Shown: piece by piece, positions 8,457 to 18,043 of the stretch
Layout of the letters: each line of letters opens with the position of its first letter
How positions within the stretch are numbered: position 1 is the first letter of the stretch
Assembly: GCF_988242995.1 (NCBI RefSeq)
Contig: NZ_OZ547043.1
Length of the DNA: 64,000 nt
Direction: 5' to 3' (one strand)
Made by a program: the position numbers and the translations under genes
Notes under the pieces: generated by a model
Database searches by the model: none
What the model saw: only the letters and a program-made list of their open reading frames with translations
Told to the model about the DNA's origin: nothing

Positions 8457-9278
8457 ATGCGATTAGCCAGTCGTTTTGGTTATGCTGCAAACCAGATACG
8501 CCGTGACCGTCCGCTGACACATGAAGAACTGATACGCCATGTACCCAGTATTTTTGGGGAAGACCGGCACACCTCCCGCAGTGAACGGTATGCGTACATT
8601 CCCACCATTACCGTCCTGGAAAATCTGCAGCGGGAAGGCTTTCAGCCGTTCTTCGCCTGCCAGACCCGTGTGCGCGACCCGGGCCGCCGGGGATACACAA
8701 AACACATGCTGCGTCTGCGGCGGGCCGGAGAGATAAACGGAGAACATGTCCCTGAAATTATTCTGCTCAACTCTCATGACGGTACCTCCAGCTACCAGAT
8801 GCTGCCGGGTTACTTCAGGTTCGTCTGCCAGAACGGGTGCGTCTGTGGCCAGTCTCTGGGGGAAGTGCGTGTTCCACACCGGGGAAATGTAGTGGAGAAA
8901 GTTATCGAAGGGGCTTACGAGGTGGTGGGCGTGTTTGACCGGATAGAGGAGAAGCGTGATGCCATGCAGTCGCTGGTCCTGCCGCCACCGGCACGCCAGG
9001 CGCTGGCACAGGCGGCACTGACTTACCGTTATGGTGACGAACATCAGCCCGTCACCACCGCCGACATTCTGACGCCGCGACGCCGGGAGGATTACGGTAA
9101 GGACCTGTGGAGCGCATATCAGACCATCCAGGAGAATATGCTGAAAGGCGGGATTTCCGGTCGCAGTGCAAAAGGAAAACGTATCCATACCCGGGCCATT
9201 CACAGCATTGATACCGACATTAAGCTCAATCGCGCATTGTGGGTGATGGCAGAAACGATGCTGGAGAGCCTGCGCTGA
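8457..9278 (+). CDS. DUF932-family island protein (YfjQ/YafZ-like)
   Basis: RBS TAAGGAG; 273-aa protein recalled as a YfjQ/YafZ-type backbone gene of CP4 islands; antisense ORF 8463..9305 judged spurious. Confidence 0.65.
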   Translation: MRLASRFGYAANQIRRDRPLTHEELIRHVPSIFGEDRHTSRSERYAYIPTITVLENLQREGFQPFFACQTRVRDPGRRGYTKHMLRLRRAGEINGEHVPEIILLNSHDGTSSYQMLPGYFRFVCQNGCVCGQSLGEVRVPHRGNVVEKVIEGAYEVVGVFDRIEEKRDAMQSLVLPPPARQALAQAALTYRYGDEHQPVTTADILTPRRREDYGKDLWSAYQTIQENMLKGGISGRSAKGKRIHTRAIHSIDTDIKLNRALWVMAETMLESLR

Positions 9279-9359
9279 TGCCGTTTCCCTGGGTGAGGGA
9301 ATCATTCAGCTTTCGTTCCTGAAAAACACACATTTATTTGTTATTTAAGGAGTTATCTC

Positions 9360-9839
9360 ATGAAAACCGTTTCTCAGAATACCCCCACAATTTATTCAGC
9401 TACAACACCAGAGAATAATCCGCCTCAGTTGGTTGCCAGCCTCGTCCCTGATGAACAGCGCATCAGCTTCTGGCCGCAGCATTTTGGCCTCATTCCACAG
9501 TGGGTGACCCTGGAGCCCCGTGTCTTCGGCTGGATGGACCGTCTGTGCGAAGACTACTGCGGTGGTATCTGGAATCTGTACACCCTGAACAACGGCGGGG
9601 CATTTATGGCACCCGAACCGGATGACGATGATGACGAAACATGGGTACTGTTCAATGCCATGAACGGTAACCGCGCAGAAATGAGCCCGGAAGCCGCCGG
9701 TATTGCCGCCTGTCTGATGACGTACAGTCATCATGCCTGTCGTACGGAGAATTATGCCATGACGGTCCATTATTACCGGTTGCGGGATTACGCCCTGCAG
9801 CATCCGGAATGCAGCGCCATTATGCGCATCATCGACTGA
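9360..9839 (+). CDS. antirestriction-like protein (YfjX/YafX-like)
   Basis: 159-aa acidic protein immediately upstream of radC-like gene, matching conserved island synteny. Confidence 0.55.
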   Translation: MKTVSQNTPTIYSATTPENNPPQLVASLVPDEQRISFWPQHFGLIPQWVTLEPRVFGWMDRLCEDYCGGIWNLYTLNNGGAFMAPEPDDDDDETWVLFNAMNGNRAEMSPEAAGIAACLMTYSHHACRTENYAMTVHYYRLRDYALQHPECSAIMRIID

Positions 9840-9854
9840 ATGGAGAGAAGCACA

Positions 9855-10331
9855 ATGCAACAACTTTCCTTTCTGCCCGGAGAGATGACGCCCGGCGAGC
9901 GCAGCCTCATTCAGCGGGCCCTGAAAACCCTGGACCGCCATCTTCATGAACCCGGCGTGGCCTTCACCTCCACCCGTGCAGCACGGGAATGGCTGATTCT
10001 GAACATGGCGGGACTGGAGCGTGAAGAATTCCGGGTGCTGTATCTGAACAACCAGAATCAGCTGATTGCCGGTGAAACCCTCTTCACCGGCACCATCAAC
10101 CGCACGGAAGTCCATCCCCGGGAAGTGATTAAACGCGCCCTGTACCACAATGCCGCTGCCGTGGTACTGGCACACAATCACCCGTCCGGTGAAGTCACAC
10201 CCAGTAAGGCAGACCGGCTTATCACCGAACGTCTGGTACAGGCACTGGGCCTGGTGGATATCCGGGTGCCGGACCATCTGATAGTCGGTGGCAACCAGGT
10301 TTTCTCCTTTGCCGAACATGGTCTGCTTTAA
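9855..10331 (+). CDS. yeeS: RadC-like JAB/MPN domain protein
   Basis: JAMM motif HNHPSGEVTPS; start taken at MQQLSFLPGE; CP4-44 synteny. Confidence 0.75.
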   Translation: MQQLSFLPGEMTPGERSLIQRALKTLDRHLHEPGVAFTSTRAAREWLILNMAGLEREEFRVLYLNNQNQLIAGETLFTGTINRTEVHPREVIKRALYHNAAAVVLAHNHPSGEVTPSKADRLITERLVQALGLVDIRVPDHLIVGGNQVFSFAEHGLL

Positions 10332-10393
10332 CCCTTCACAACCACATCACACCTGTTTTCACTTTTATCTTCTGTCTTCAGAGGTATCCCATT

Positions 10394-10615
10394 ATGAAAA
10401 TTATCACCCGTGGTGAAGCCATGCGTATTCACCAACAACATCCGACATCCCGTCTTTTTCCGTTCTGTACCGGTAAATACCGCTGGCACGGCAGTGCTGA
10501 AGCGTATACCGGTCGTGAAGTGCAGGATATTCCCGGTGTGCTGGCCGTGTTTGCTGAACGCCGTAAGGACAGTTTTGGTCCGTATGTCCGGCTGATGAGC
10601 GTCACCCTGAACTGA
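10394..10615 (+). CDS. yeeT: DUF987 protein YeeT
   Basis: 73-aa ORF matching recalled YeeT sequence and position. Confidence 0.75.
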   Translation: MKIITRGEAMRIHQQHPTSRLFPFCTGKYRWHGSAEAYTGREVQDIPGVLAVFAERRKDSFGPYVRLMSVTLN

Positions 10616-10688
10616 GTGGGAATTCTGATGAGCAGAATTATCGCCACTACCGGACCATTCTTAGCCGATTTTCTGTAAGGATTTTATC

Positions 10689-11057
10689 GTGTCAGACACA
10701 CTCCCCGGGACAACACTTCCCGACGACAATCACGACCGCCCCTGGTGGGGGCTGCCCTGCACCGTGACGCCCTGTTTCGGGGCACGTCTGGTGCAGGAGG
10801 GTAACCGGTTGCATTACCTTGCCGACCGCGCCGGTATCAGAGGCCTGTTCAGCGATGCAGATGCGTACCACCTGGACCAGGCCTTTCCGCTGCTGATGAA
10901 ACAACTGGAACTCATGCTCACCAGCGGTGAACTGAATCCCCGCCATCAGCATACCGTCACGCTGTATGCAAAAGGGCTGACCTGCAAAGCCGATACCCTC
11001 AGCAGTTGTGGTTACGTTTATCTGGCTGTTTATCCGACGCCCGAAATGAAAAATTAA
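10689..11057 (+). CDS. cbeA: CbeA (YeeU) antitoxin of the CbtA/CbeA type IV TA system
   Basis: GTG start, 122 aa, MSDTLPGTTLPDDNHDRPWWGLPC matches recalled YeeU. Confidence 0.8.
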   Translation: MSDTLPGTTLPDDNHDRPWWGLPCTVTPCFGARLVQEGNRLHYLADRAGIRGLFSDADAYHLDQAFPLLMKQLELMLTSGELNPRHQHTVTLYAKGLTCKADTLSSCGYVYLAVYPTPEMKN

Positions 11058-11145
11058 CTCTCCAGAATAGCCTTCTGCTACGGCCTGGTGTTTTCACCAC
11101 GCCACTTTTCCATTTTTATATCTGCATATCAGGAAAATCTTCAGT

Positions 11146-11519
11146 ATGAAAACATTACCTGTATTACCCGGGCAGGCGGCCAGTTCTCGCCCGTCTCCTG
11201 TTGAAATCTGGCAGATACTGCTGTCCCGACTGCTGGACCAGCACTATGGCCTCACACTGAATGACACACCTTTTGCCGATGAACGTGTGATTGAGCAGCA
11301 TATTGAGGCAGGCATTTCACTGTGTGATGCGGTGAACTTTCTCGTGGAAAAATACGCGCTGATGCTACCGACCAGCCGGGATTCAGCGCCTGTACCCGCT
11401 CTCAGTTAATAAACAGCATCGATATCCTCCGGGCTCGCAGGGCGACCGGCCTGATGACCCGCGACAATTACAGAACGGTAAATAACATTACCCTGGGTAA
11501 GTATCCGGAGGCGAAATGA
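11146..11519 (+). pseudogene. cbtA: cbtA (yeeV) toxin gene, frameshifted
   Basis: N-terminal 81 aa match recalled CbtA, then the frame terminates at 11409; the CbtA C-terminus ([39 protein letters not shown]) is encoded in the -1 frame ending at 11519; span is 374 nt, one short of the expected 375. Confidence 0.65.
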
Positions 11520-11710
11520 TGACACTGGAAGCCGACAGCGTTAACGTACAGGCGCTGGATATGGGGCACATTGTCGTTGACATTGATGGTGTTAATATCA
11601 CTGAACTGATTAATAAGGCCGCTGAAAACGGTTATTCACTCCGCGTGGTGGATGACCGTGACTCTACCGAAACACCGGCAACTTATGCCAGCCCTCACCA
11701 GTTGCTGTAA
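11516..11710 (+). CDS. yeeW: YeeW
   Basis: 64-aa ORF whose ATG overlaps the expected cbtA stop; CP4-44 synteny. Confidence 0.65.
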   Translation: MMTLEADSVNVQALDMGHIVVDIDGVNITELINKAAENGYSLRVVDDRDSTETPATYASPHQLL

Positions 11711-12124
11711 GACAATGCAGTGATGCAGGGTATAGTGCCATTAACCACAGAAACAGCACTGTTGTCCTGTATTAAGCAGGCAAGAGAAGATGTCCTTACC
11801 CTGCGCCATCTGCAGCTTCTGCACCAGAACCGGTGAATCTCACTCAACAGGCTTCATTTCCCCTGACGCCAGCCTGAATACAGCTGGCGTTTTCATTTAT
11901 AAACAGAAAGGAAAACCGATAATAATGGAATGGACGCCCCGACCATGAAGCAACGGTAGGATATTACTGATAAACCTTCCAGTGGAGGTGCGTTATGGCC
12001 GTTTTAACGATTAGCATTGACCTGACAAAAAATGAATTCCAAATCCACGGTCTGGGTAGGAACAGAAAAATCTAAGCTCAGAAAACGGATTAAAGTAAGC
12101 GTCAACGGAGCACCGTATTGACGC

Positions 12125-12330
12125 TTATTTATTGGTGAGAACTACGTTCCATGGCAGGAGTTCGTCAACACGGTTGGAGGGCCATTCCGGCAGTATGCTC
12201 AGAATATGGCGCAGATACGCTTCCGGATCGATACCGTTCAGACGGCAGGTGCCTGCTTTTCCGGCAACAAGCAGGAATCTCAGTGCTGAAGCAGGAATTA
12301 GAGGTAAAAACGCCCTACCGGGCCATGAAT
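12125..12330 (-). pseudogene. C-terminal fragment of an IS66-family-like transposase
   Basis: Minus-strand frame reads ...GKAGTCRLNGIDPEAYLRHILSILPEWPSNRVDELLPWNVVLTNK-stop with no upstream start; resembles IS66 TnpC C-terminus from memory. Confidence 0.4.
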
Positions 12331-12507
12331 CACCCGGTCATTGGAGTAGTAACCAAAGCAGATTTAGCCAGCATGGAACAAATATCTTTGGTGAAAAGTT
12401 GGTTACGGGAAGCTGGAGCGCACAACGTGTTAGTAACCAGTGCAGTTAATAACAATGGAGTTACAGAACTTTTTGCCTTGCTGCATACAGAAGAAGGCTG
12501 TTGTTAA
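12289..12507 (+). pseudogene. yoeF: EutP/PduV-family GTPase C-terminal fragment (yoeF-like)
   Basis: Frame encodes ...HPVIGVVTKADLASMEQISLVKSWLREAGAHNVLVTSAVNNNGVTELFALL; no credible N-terminal part. Confidence 0.45.
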
Positions 12508-12607
12508 TTTCGATTGGTTCTCAGATGAGAATGATGACGGTGATACACAGATAAGAATCAATGAGCAATGAGGGTTGCCGGGCAACCCTCATTGAATAAA
12601 ACGGGAA

Positions 12608-12937
12608 TTACTTCGCTTCGCCGTTTTTCATTTCGCCCATAGCTTTCAGCTTTTTGGAGATATCGCGGCGTTCTTTGGAGAGCTCGGCATTTTTGATGAT
12701 GTAATCGTCAACGCGATCTTCATAGTCACCTTTCATGCTGGCGATGATGCCCTGGATTGCTTCAACGCTCATCCCAGGCTTGATGTAATCGCTCAGGTTG
12801 TCCAGCAGCAGGACGCGCTTCTGGTTGTCACGGATCTTTTTCTCAACGTCCTGAATTTCACGTTGCAGTTTGTTCTTACGACGGAACAGACGAACAAATT
12901 CCAGTACGTCCTGGAATGAAGGCTTGGTAGTTTCCAT
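12608..12937 (-). CDS. yeeX: DUF496 protein YeeX
   Basis: 109 aa from [14 protein letters not shown]; matches recalled YeeX. Confidence 0.85.
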   Translation of the reverse strand: METTKPSFQDVLEFVRLFRRKNKLQREIQDVEKKIRDNQKRVLLLDNLSDYIKPGMSVEAIQGIIASMKGDYEDRVDDYIIKNAELSKERRDISKKLKAMGEMKNGEAK

Positions 12938-13108
12938 TTTTATACCCCTGATAATGTGAGAGTCGGATTCGTTTAAGCAACCGCTATTCGTTAGGGCCAA
13001 CATTACTCATAGCTGCCGCAGATGACAATGCTTTTATCCCTTTTCACTATCATACCCTTTATCCTTGCTGAATCGAAGCAGCAGCAAGATGATTCTGAAG
13101 TTCAGGAA

Positions 13109-14167
13109 TTATTTGCGCAAGGCCCGGCAAATCAGATTCGATAGCAACTCAAGCTGATGTGCCGTTTCCATGTTCAGCCACACATAACCATAGATTGGTG
13201 TTTCCACAACCTTCAGGTCATGGTGGTTATTGAGCAACTGACGCAGCTCTTCCACAGCATCGTTCAATTTTTCCGTATTGGCAAAAACCGGCTGCGGATT
13301 ACCTTCGTACAACGCATGAACAAGGCTCAGCAGTATTTGCTGCATCATGTGCTGGGTATCACGAAGTTTTTGCGCGTTCAATAACACGAAATGGCTGGGG
13401 CGCGTGGCCCAGTACGCATTGATTTGCAACTCCAGCATACAAACCAGATTGCGGTTAATGGTCTGGATACCTTCATATATCGATTTTGGAATACGGGTTT
13501 CTTTGCTGGCGGGCGCAATCAGCCCACGCATTTTCACGGCATCGGTCAGGAGTTTTTGTAGATGGCTTTCCAGACGTGGGCGTTCGAGTAAGTTCGGTGA
13601 GAATGCAGATTGATAGACCCGATTATACTCGGTCAGACTTTTCGCCAGTTGAATGCGCCAGTGGATGAACGCCCGTTGTGGCCAGATACCGGTAAACAAC
13701 ATTGCCAGTAAAGAGCCGAGGATCACATCGCCGCTTCGCCATAACGCCGTATCAATTTCACCTGTCGGGGAACCAACAACAATTGCCAGCGTCACCCCAA
13801 TCAATAATCCTTGATACGGTTTCTTGCCCAGCGCCAGCCAACCGCAAAGAAACATAGCCGCCGCGCACCAGACTAACATCAGCGGTAACGAGATTAACTC
13901 CAGTTGCAGAGCGATAAGACCTAATATCGAACCCAACACCGTACCGCCAATACGTTCGAAGGCGCGAGGGACAACGTTACCCCAGAACGAGATTGGCCCC
14001 ATAATCACCACCATGGTGACCAGCGGCCAGGTACTTTCCGGGATAGTAAACAGGCGGATAATGAGAAAAGTGAGCAGGAATGCCAGCGCGACCCGAGTAC
14101 CATGCACAATGCGGTAATGGCGGTATACCCGGATTTCAAACGGGCTTAATGACTTATCGGCACGCAC
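13109..14167 (-). CDS. yeeA: inner membrane protein YeeA (FUSC-like)
   Basis: 352-aa multi-pass membrane ORF in K-12 synteny. Confidence 0.8.
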   Translation of the reverse strand: MRADKSLSPFEIRVYRHYRIVHGTRVALAFLLTFLIIRLFTIPESTWPLVTMVVIMGPISFWGNVVPRAFERIGGTVLGSILGLIALQLELISLPLMLVWCAAAMFLCGWLALGKKPYQGLLIGVTLAIVVGSPTGEIDTALWRSGDVILGSLLAMLFTGIWPQRAFIHWRIQLAKSLTEYNRVYQSAFSPNLLERPRLESHLQKLLTDAVKMRGLIAPASKETRIPKSIYEGIQTINRNLVCMLELQINAYWATRPSHFVLLNAQKLRDTQHMMQQILLSLVHALYEGNPQPVFANTEKLNDAVEELRQLLNNHHDLKVVETPIYGYVWLNMETAHQLELLSNLICRALRK

Positions 14168-14365
14168 GCAGAAACTCCGTAATGAAGATTAAAAGCGCTC
14201 ATAACTCATCTGTCGGCCAGAAGGCGCGCCTCTGAATTATCCGACGGACAAACCGGGAACAGTGTAATTTCCCGGCAGGAGCGAAAAATTTGAAAGGCGC
14301 ATCTTACTCTTTTCGCTTTCAAAAAAAAGAGTGGTCATCGCGTTAACACACCGCCCTGAGATGAA

Positions 14366-14839
14366 TTAGTGATGTTTTGGCTGCACCGCAACATACATTT
14401 CGATATCCCAGTACCCATCTTCCGCGCCATTGTTCAAATAAACCTCGAAGCAGGGCTTTGGTAACATTTCATAAGCACTGTCCTGCAAGAGGCTATTAAA
14501 GAACTGATACCAGGGTTTAGCAAAATCATCACCGACTACACGAGCCACCGCAACCGCATACTGACCACCTGAAATTTCTGTCAGAATGACGCCCTCACTG
14601 TTTTCGGGGAGCGTAAAGTTATTCGGTACCGTCACGACGGTGTCGCAGCGTAATTTTTCGGCGGGTGTTTCATCTGGATTGTCGTAATAGACAGCAACCC
14701 ACTCCTTCGGCACAATATTTTGGCTATCTACCCACATCATCAACTGCTCAAAACCTTTCTTTACCGTCTGTTCCCACGGGCCAACGAGATGGAAACCTGC
14801 AACGGTACGTTTATCTTCCTGCTTAATCTCGTAGTTCAT
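14366..14839 (-). CDS. sbmC: DNA gyrase inhibitor SbmC (GyrI)
   Basis: 157 aa, [25 protein letters not shown] matches recalled SbmC. Confidence 0.9.
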   Translation of the reverse strand: MNYEIKQEDKRTVAGFHLVGPWEQTVKKGFEQLMMWVDSQNIVPKEWVAVYYDNPDETPAEKLRCDTVVTVPNNFTLPENSEGVILTEISGGQYAVAVARVVGDDFAKPWYQFFNSLLQDSAYEMLPKPCFEVYLNNGAEDGYWDIEMYVAVQPKHH

Positions 14840-14853
14840 GACGCCTCCATTAA

Positions 14854-14873
14854 TACTGTTTTTATATACAGTA
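14854..14873 (-). promoter_or_regulatory. LexA SOS box in sbmC promoter
   Basis: TACTGTTTTTATATACAGTA (CTGT-N8-ACAG) 15 bp upstream of sbmC start. Confidence 0.7.
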
Positions 14874-14957
14874 TAGTTGCAATATTAAAACCACAAGGAA
14901 TGAGTGTTGATTATGCGAGCAGACTCGCACTCCTGCCAGTCTGCTGCAAAAGAAAGG

Positions 14958-16130
14958 TCAGGCCTTATGGTGGAAATAATCACTCAGGCGAGAAAACATG
15001 CTGCCTTCCCCGACAGATTCCAGGGTAACCAGCGGCCAGTGCGCCACCTGTTTATCACGGTCGTAAAGTTCAATTTCCCCTACCCGCTGATGGGCGCTAA
15101 TTGGCGCGGTGAGTTCTTTACCATCAAGGGTATATTTGGCTTTGATATGTGGAATTTCGGCTTTCGGTAGCACCATCCAGAACTCTTGTTCCGTTCCCAG
15201 GGCGATATTTTCTTTATCGCCATACCAGATGCGTTCCGTACCGACCTTTTTCCCACGGTGCAAAATTTGCACCGTAGTAAAGTTTTGTTGCCCCCAACGC
15301 AGTAATTTTCTTGCCTCTTCCTCACGACCTTTTGCGCTGTCAGCACCCATTACCACTGCAATGAGACGACGCTGCCCATCTACAGCCGAAGCAATGAGAT
15401 TAAACCCGGCACCAGAAGTATGACCCGTTTTCAGGCCGTCAACATTCATGGTTTTATCCCACAATAACCCGTTACGGTTTTGCTGGGTGATACCGTTCCA
15501 GGTGAGGCTTTTCTCACTGTACATATGATAAAACTCGGGCTCGCCGTGGATGATAGCACGAGAAAGCACAGCTAAATCATAAGCCGAGCTATGCTGACCT
15601 GGCGCATCCAGGCCATGCACTGTTTCAAAATGCGTATCCTTGAGATGCAGCTTCTCGGCATAGTTGTTCATCATTTCAACAAACTGCCGTTGCCCACCGG
15701 CAATATAGTCAGCCAGAGCAACACAAGCGTCATTTCCGGAATCAACAATTAAACCACGGCTTAAATCACGTACCGATACGCGATCGCCCTCTTTCAAAAA
15801 CATCAGTGAAGAACCGACAAACACCGGATTATCTTTCGCCCACGCATCGCGCCCCACGGTGACAATATCGTCTGGCGTAATGCGATGACTATCGATAGCG
15901 CGATCCACGACATAGCCCGTCATCAGCTTTGTCAGGCTGGCGGGATTGCGCTGTTGATGCTCATTACCCGCGGTGAGAATCTGACCGGTGGTGTAATCCA
16001 TCAGTACCCAGGACCCGGCTTGAATCTGTGGAGGCTGAGGTGAAAAAGGAATGTTTTCCGCCGCAAAACCAGACGATAAGTTAAAAACGAACAAAGAAGC
16101 AGCAATAATAAGACGGCGTTTCAACAGCAA
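14958..16130 (-). CDS. dacD: D-alanyl-D-alanine carboxypeptidase DacD (PBP6b)
   Basis: 390-aa ORF with signal peptide, SxxK motif (ASLTK) and SGN; K-12 synteny. Confidence 0.9.
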   Translation of the reverse strand: MLLKRRLIIAASLFVFNLSSGFAAENIPFSPQPPQIQAGSWVLMDYTTGQILTAGNEHQQRNPASLTKLMTGYVVDRAIDSHRITPDDIVTVGRDAWAKDNPVFVGSSLMFLKEGDRVSVRDLSRGLIVDSGNDACVALADYIAGGQRQFVEMMNNYAEKLHLKDTHFETVHGLDAPGQHSSAYDLAVLSRAIIHGEPEFYHMYSEKSLTWNGITQQNRNGLLWDKTMNVDGLKTGHTSGAGFNLIASAVDGQRRLIAVVMGADSAKGREEEARKLLRWGQQNFTTVQILHRGKKVGTERIWYGDKENIALGTEQEFWMVLPKAEIPHIKAKYTLDGKELTAPISAHQRVGEIELYDRDKQVAHWPLVTLESVGEGSMFSRLSDYFHHKA

Positions 16131-16332
16131 ACCCTCAGGAGTTTCAAATAGCTGTTCTTTTTACGGAAATACTTATGAACTGGCTGGAATAAAGTGCAAG
16201 AAAATGTGACTACTCTCTCATTTTTATCTGACATGATCTGTTGCCACTCGCTGTCAAATTGTCGCGCTAAAGCTGATTAGCACGGTGATATTTGATACTC
16301 TGGCAGACAGCAGAAATAACGGATTTAACCTA

Positions 16333-17760
16333 ATGATGAATGACGGTAAGCAACAATCTACCTTTTTGTTTCACGATTACGAAACCTTTGGCACGCACCC
16401 CGCGTTAGATCGCCCTGCACAGTTCGCAGCCATTCGCACCGATAGCGAATTCAATGTCATCGGCGAACCCGAAGTCTTTTACTGCAAGCCCGCGGATGAC
16501 TATTTACCCCAGCCTGGAGCAGTATTAATTACCGGTATTACCCCGCAGGAAGCACGGGCGAAAGGAGAAAACGAAGCCGCGTTTGCCGCCCGTATTCACT
16601 CGCTTTTTACCGTACCGAAGACCTGTATTCTGGGCTACAACAATGTGCGTTTCGACGACGAAGTCACACGCAACGTTTTTTATCGTAATTTCTACGATCC
16701 TTACGCCTGGAGCTGGCAGCATGATAACTCGCGCTGGGATTTACTGGATGTTATGCGTGCCTGTTATGCCCTGCGCCCGGAAGGAATACACTGGCCTGAA
16801 AATGATGACGGTCTACCGAGCTTTCGCCTTGAGCATTTAACCAAAGCGAATGGTATTGAACATAGCAACGCCCACGATGCGATGGCTGATGTGTACGCCA
16901 CTATTGCGATGGCAAAGCTGGTAAAAACGCGTCAGCCACGCCTGTTTGATTATCTCTTTACCCATCGTAATAAACACAAACTGATGGCGTTGATCGATGT
17001 TCCGCAGATGAAACCCCTGGTGCACGTTTCCGGAATGTTTGGAGCATGGCGCGGCAATACCAGCTGGGTGGCACCGCTGGCGTGGCATCCTGAAAATCGC
17101 AATGCCGTAATTATGGTGGATTTGGCAGGAGACATTTCGCCATTACTGGAACTGGATAGCGACACATTGCGCGAGCGTTTATATACCGCAAAAACCGATC
17201 TTGGCGATAACGCCGCCGTTCCGGTTAAGCTGGTGCATATCAATAAATGTCCGGTGCTGGCCCAGGCGAATACGCTACGCCCGGAAGATGCCGACCGACT
17301 GGGAATTAATCGTCAGCATTGCCTCGATAACCTGAAAATTCTGCGTGAAAATCCGCAAGTGCGCGAAAAAGTGGTGGCGATATTCGCGGAAGCCGAACCG
17401 TTTACGCCTTCAGATAACGTGGATGCACAGCTTTATAACGGCTTTTTCAGTGACGCCGATCGTGCAGCAATGAAAATTGTGCTGGAAACCGAGCCGCGTA
17501 ATTTACCGGCACTGGATATCACTTTTGTCGATAAACGGATTGAAAAGCTGTTGTTCAATTATCGGGCGCGCAACTTCCCGGGGACGCTGGATTATGCCGA
17601 GCAGCAACGCTGGCTGGAGCACCGCCGCCAGGTCTTCACGCCAGAGTTTTTACAGGGTTATGCAGATGAATTGCAGATGCTGGCACAACAATATGCCGAT
17701 GACAAAGAGAAAGTGGCGCTGTTAAAAGCGCTTTGGCAGTACGCGGAAGAGATCGTCTAA
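16333..17760 (+). CDS. sbcB: exodeoxyribonuclease I
   Basis: 475 aa from MMNDGKQQSTFLFHDYETFG; matches recalled SbcB. Confidence 0.9.
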   Translation: MMNDGKQQSTFLFHDYETFGTHPALDRPAQFAAIRTDSEFNVIGEPEVFYCKPADDYLPQPGAVLITGITPQEARAKGENEAAFAARIHSLFTVPKTCILGYNNVRFDDEVTRNVFYRNFYDPYAWSWQHDNSRWDLLDVMRACYALRPEGIHWPENDDGLPSFRLEHLTKANGIEHSNAHDAMADVYATIAMAKLVKTRQPRLFDYLFTHRNKHKLMALIDVPQMKPLVHVSGMFGAWRGNTSWVAPLAWHPENRNAVIMVDLAGDISPLLELDSDTLRERLYTAKTDLGDNAAVPVKLVHINKCPVLAQANTLRPEDADRLGINRQHCLDNLKILRENPQVREKVVAIFAEAEPFTPSDNVDAQLYNGFFSDADRAAMKIVLETEPRNLPALDITFVDKRIEKLLFNYRARNFPGTLDYAEQQRWLEHRRQVFTPEFLQGYADELQMLAQQYADDKEKVALLKALWQYAEEIV

Positions 17761-17767
17761 TTTGAAG

Positions 17768-17791
17768 CCTCCGCCGCTGGTACGGCGGAGG
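17768..17791. other. palindromic hairpin between convergent sbcB and yeeD
   Basis: 9-bp perfect stem CCTCCGCCG/CGGCGGAGG with 6-nt loop; no T-run, so terminator role is uncertain. Confidence 0.4.
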
Positions 17792-17802
17792 ACAATGTTG
17801 AG

Positions 17803-18030
17803 TCAGGCTTTTTGAACGGTGATGCTCCACGCTGCATCGCCAATCTGCTGATAATCGGTGATGGCATGTCCTTCTTCTGCCGCCCACTGTGGGATTGCTT
17901 CAGTTGCCTGGGTGCAATCAAACTCAATTACCAACTCATCGCCGCTGGCCATTTCTGCCAGTGCTGCTTTTGCTTCTATGAGTGGAAACGGACAGACCTG
18001 CGTCACCACATCCAGCTTTTTAATTGCCAT
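17803..18030 (-). CDS. yeeD: TusA-like sulfur carrier YeeD
   Basis: 75 aa with CPFP motif (VCPFPLIEAK). Confidence 0.85.
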   Translation of the reverse strand: MAIKKLDVVTQVCPFPLIEAKAALAEMASGDELVIEFDCTQATEAIPQWAAEEGHAITDYQQIGDAAWSITVQKA

Positions 18031-18043
18031 CTTTACACCTTAC

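Noticed and set aside
8233-8520. 95-aa minus-strand ORF
   Set aside because: Spans the intergenic terminator and the DUF932 start region; no RBS or family signal.
8463-9305. 280-aa minus-strand ORF
   Set aside because: Antisense shadow of the DUF932 gene, which has a proper RBS and recognisable family on the plus strand.
9396-10319. 307-aa minus-strand ORF
   Set aside because: Antisense to the antirestriction-like and radC-like genes; the plus strand carries the JAMM motif and conserved synteny.
1-11710. Expectation of flu (Ag43) autotransporter and yeeR in this CP4-44-like island
   Set aside because: No ORF of autotransporter size or composition is present; the slot is occupied by the dynamin/patatin operon and small secreted proteins.
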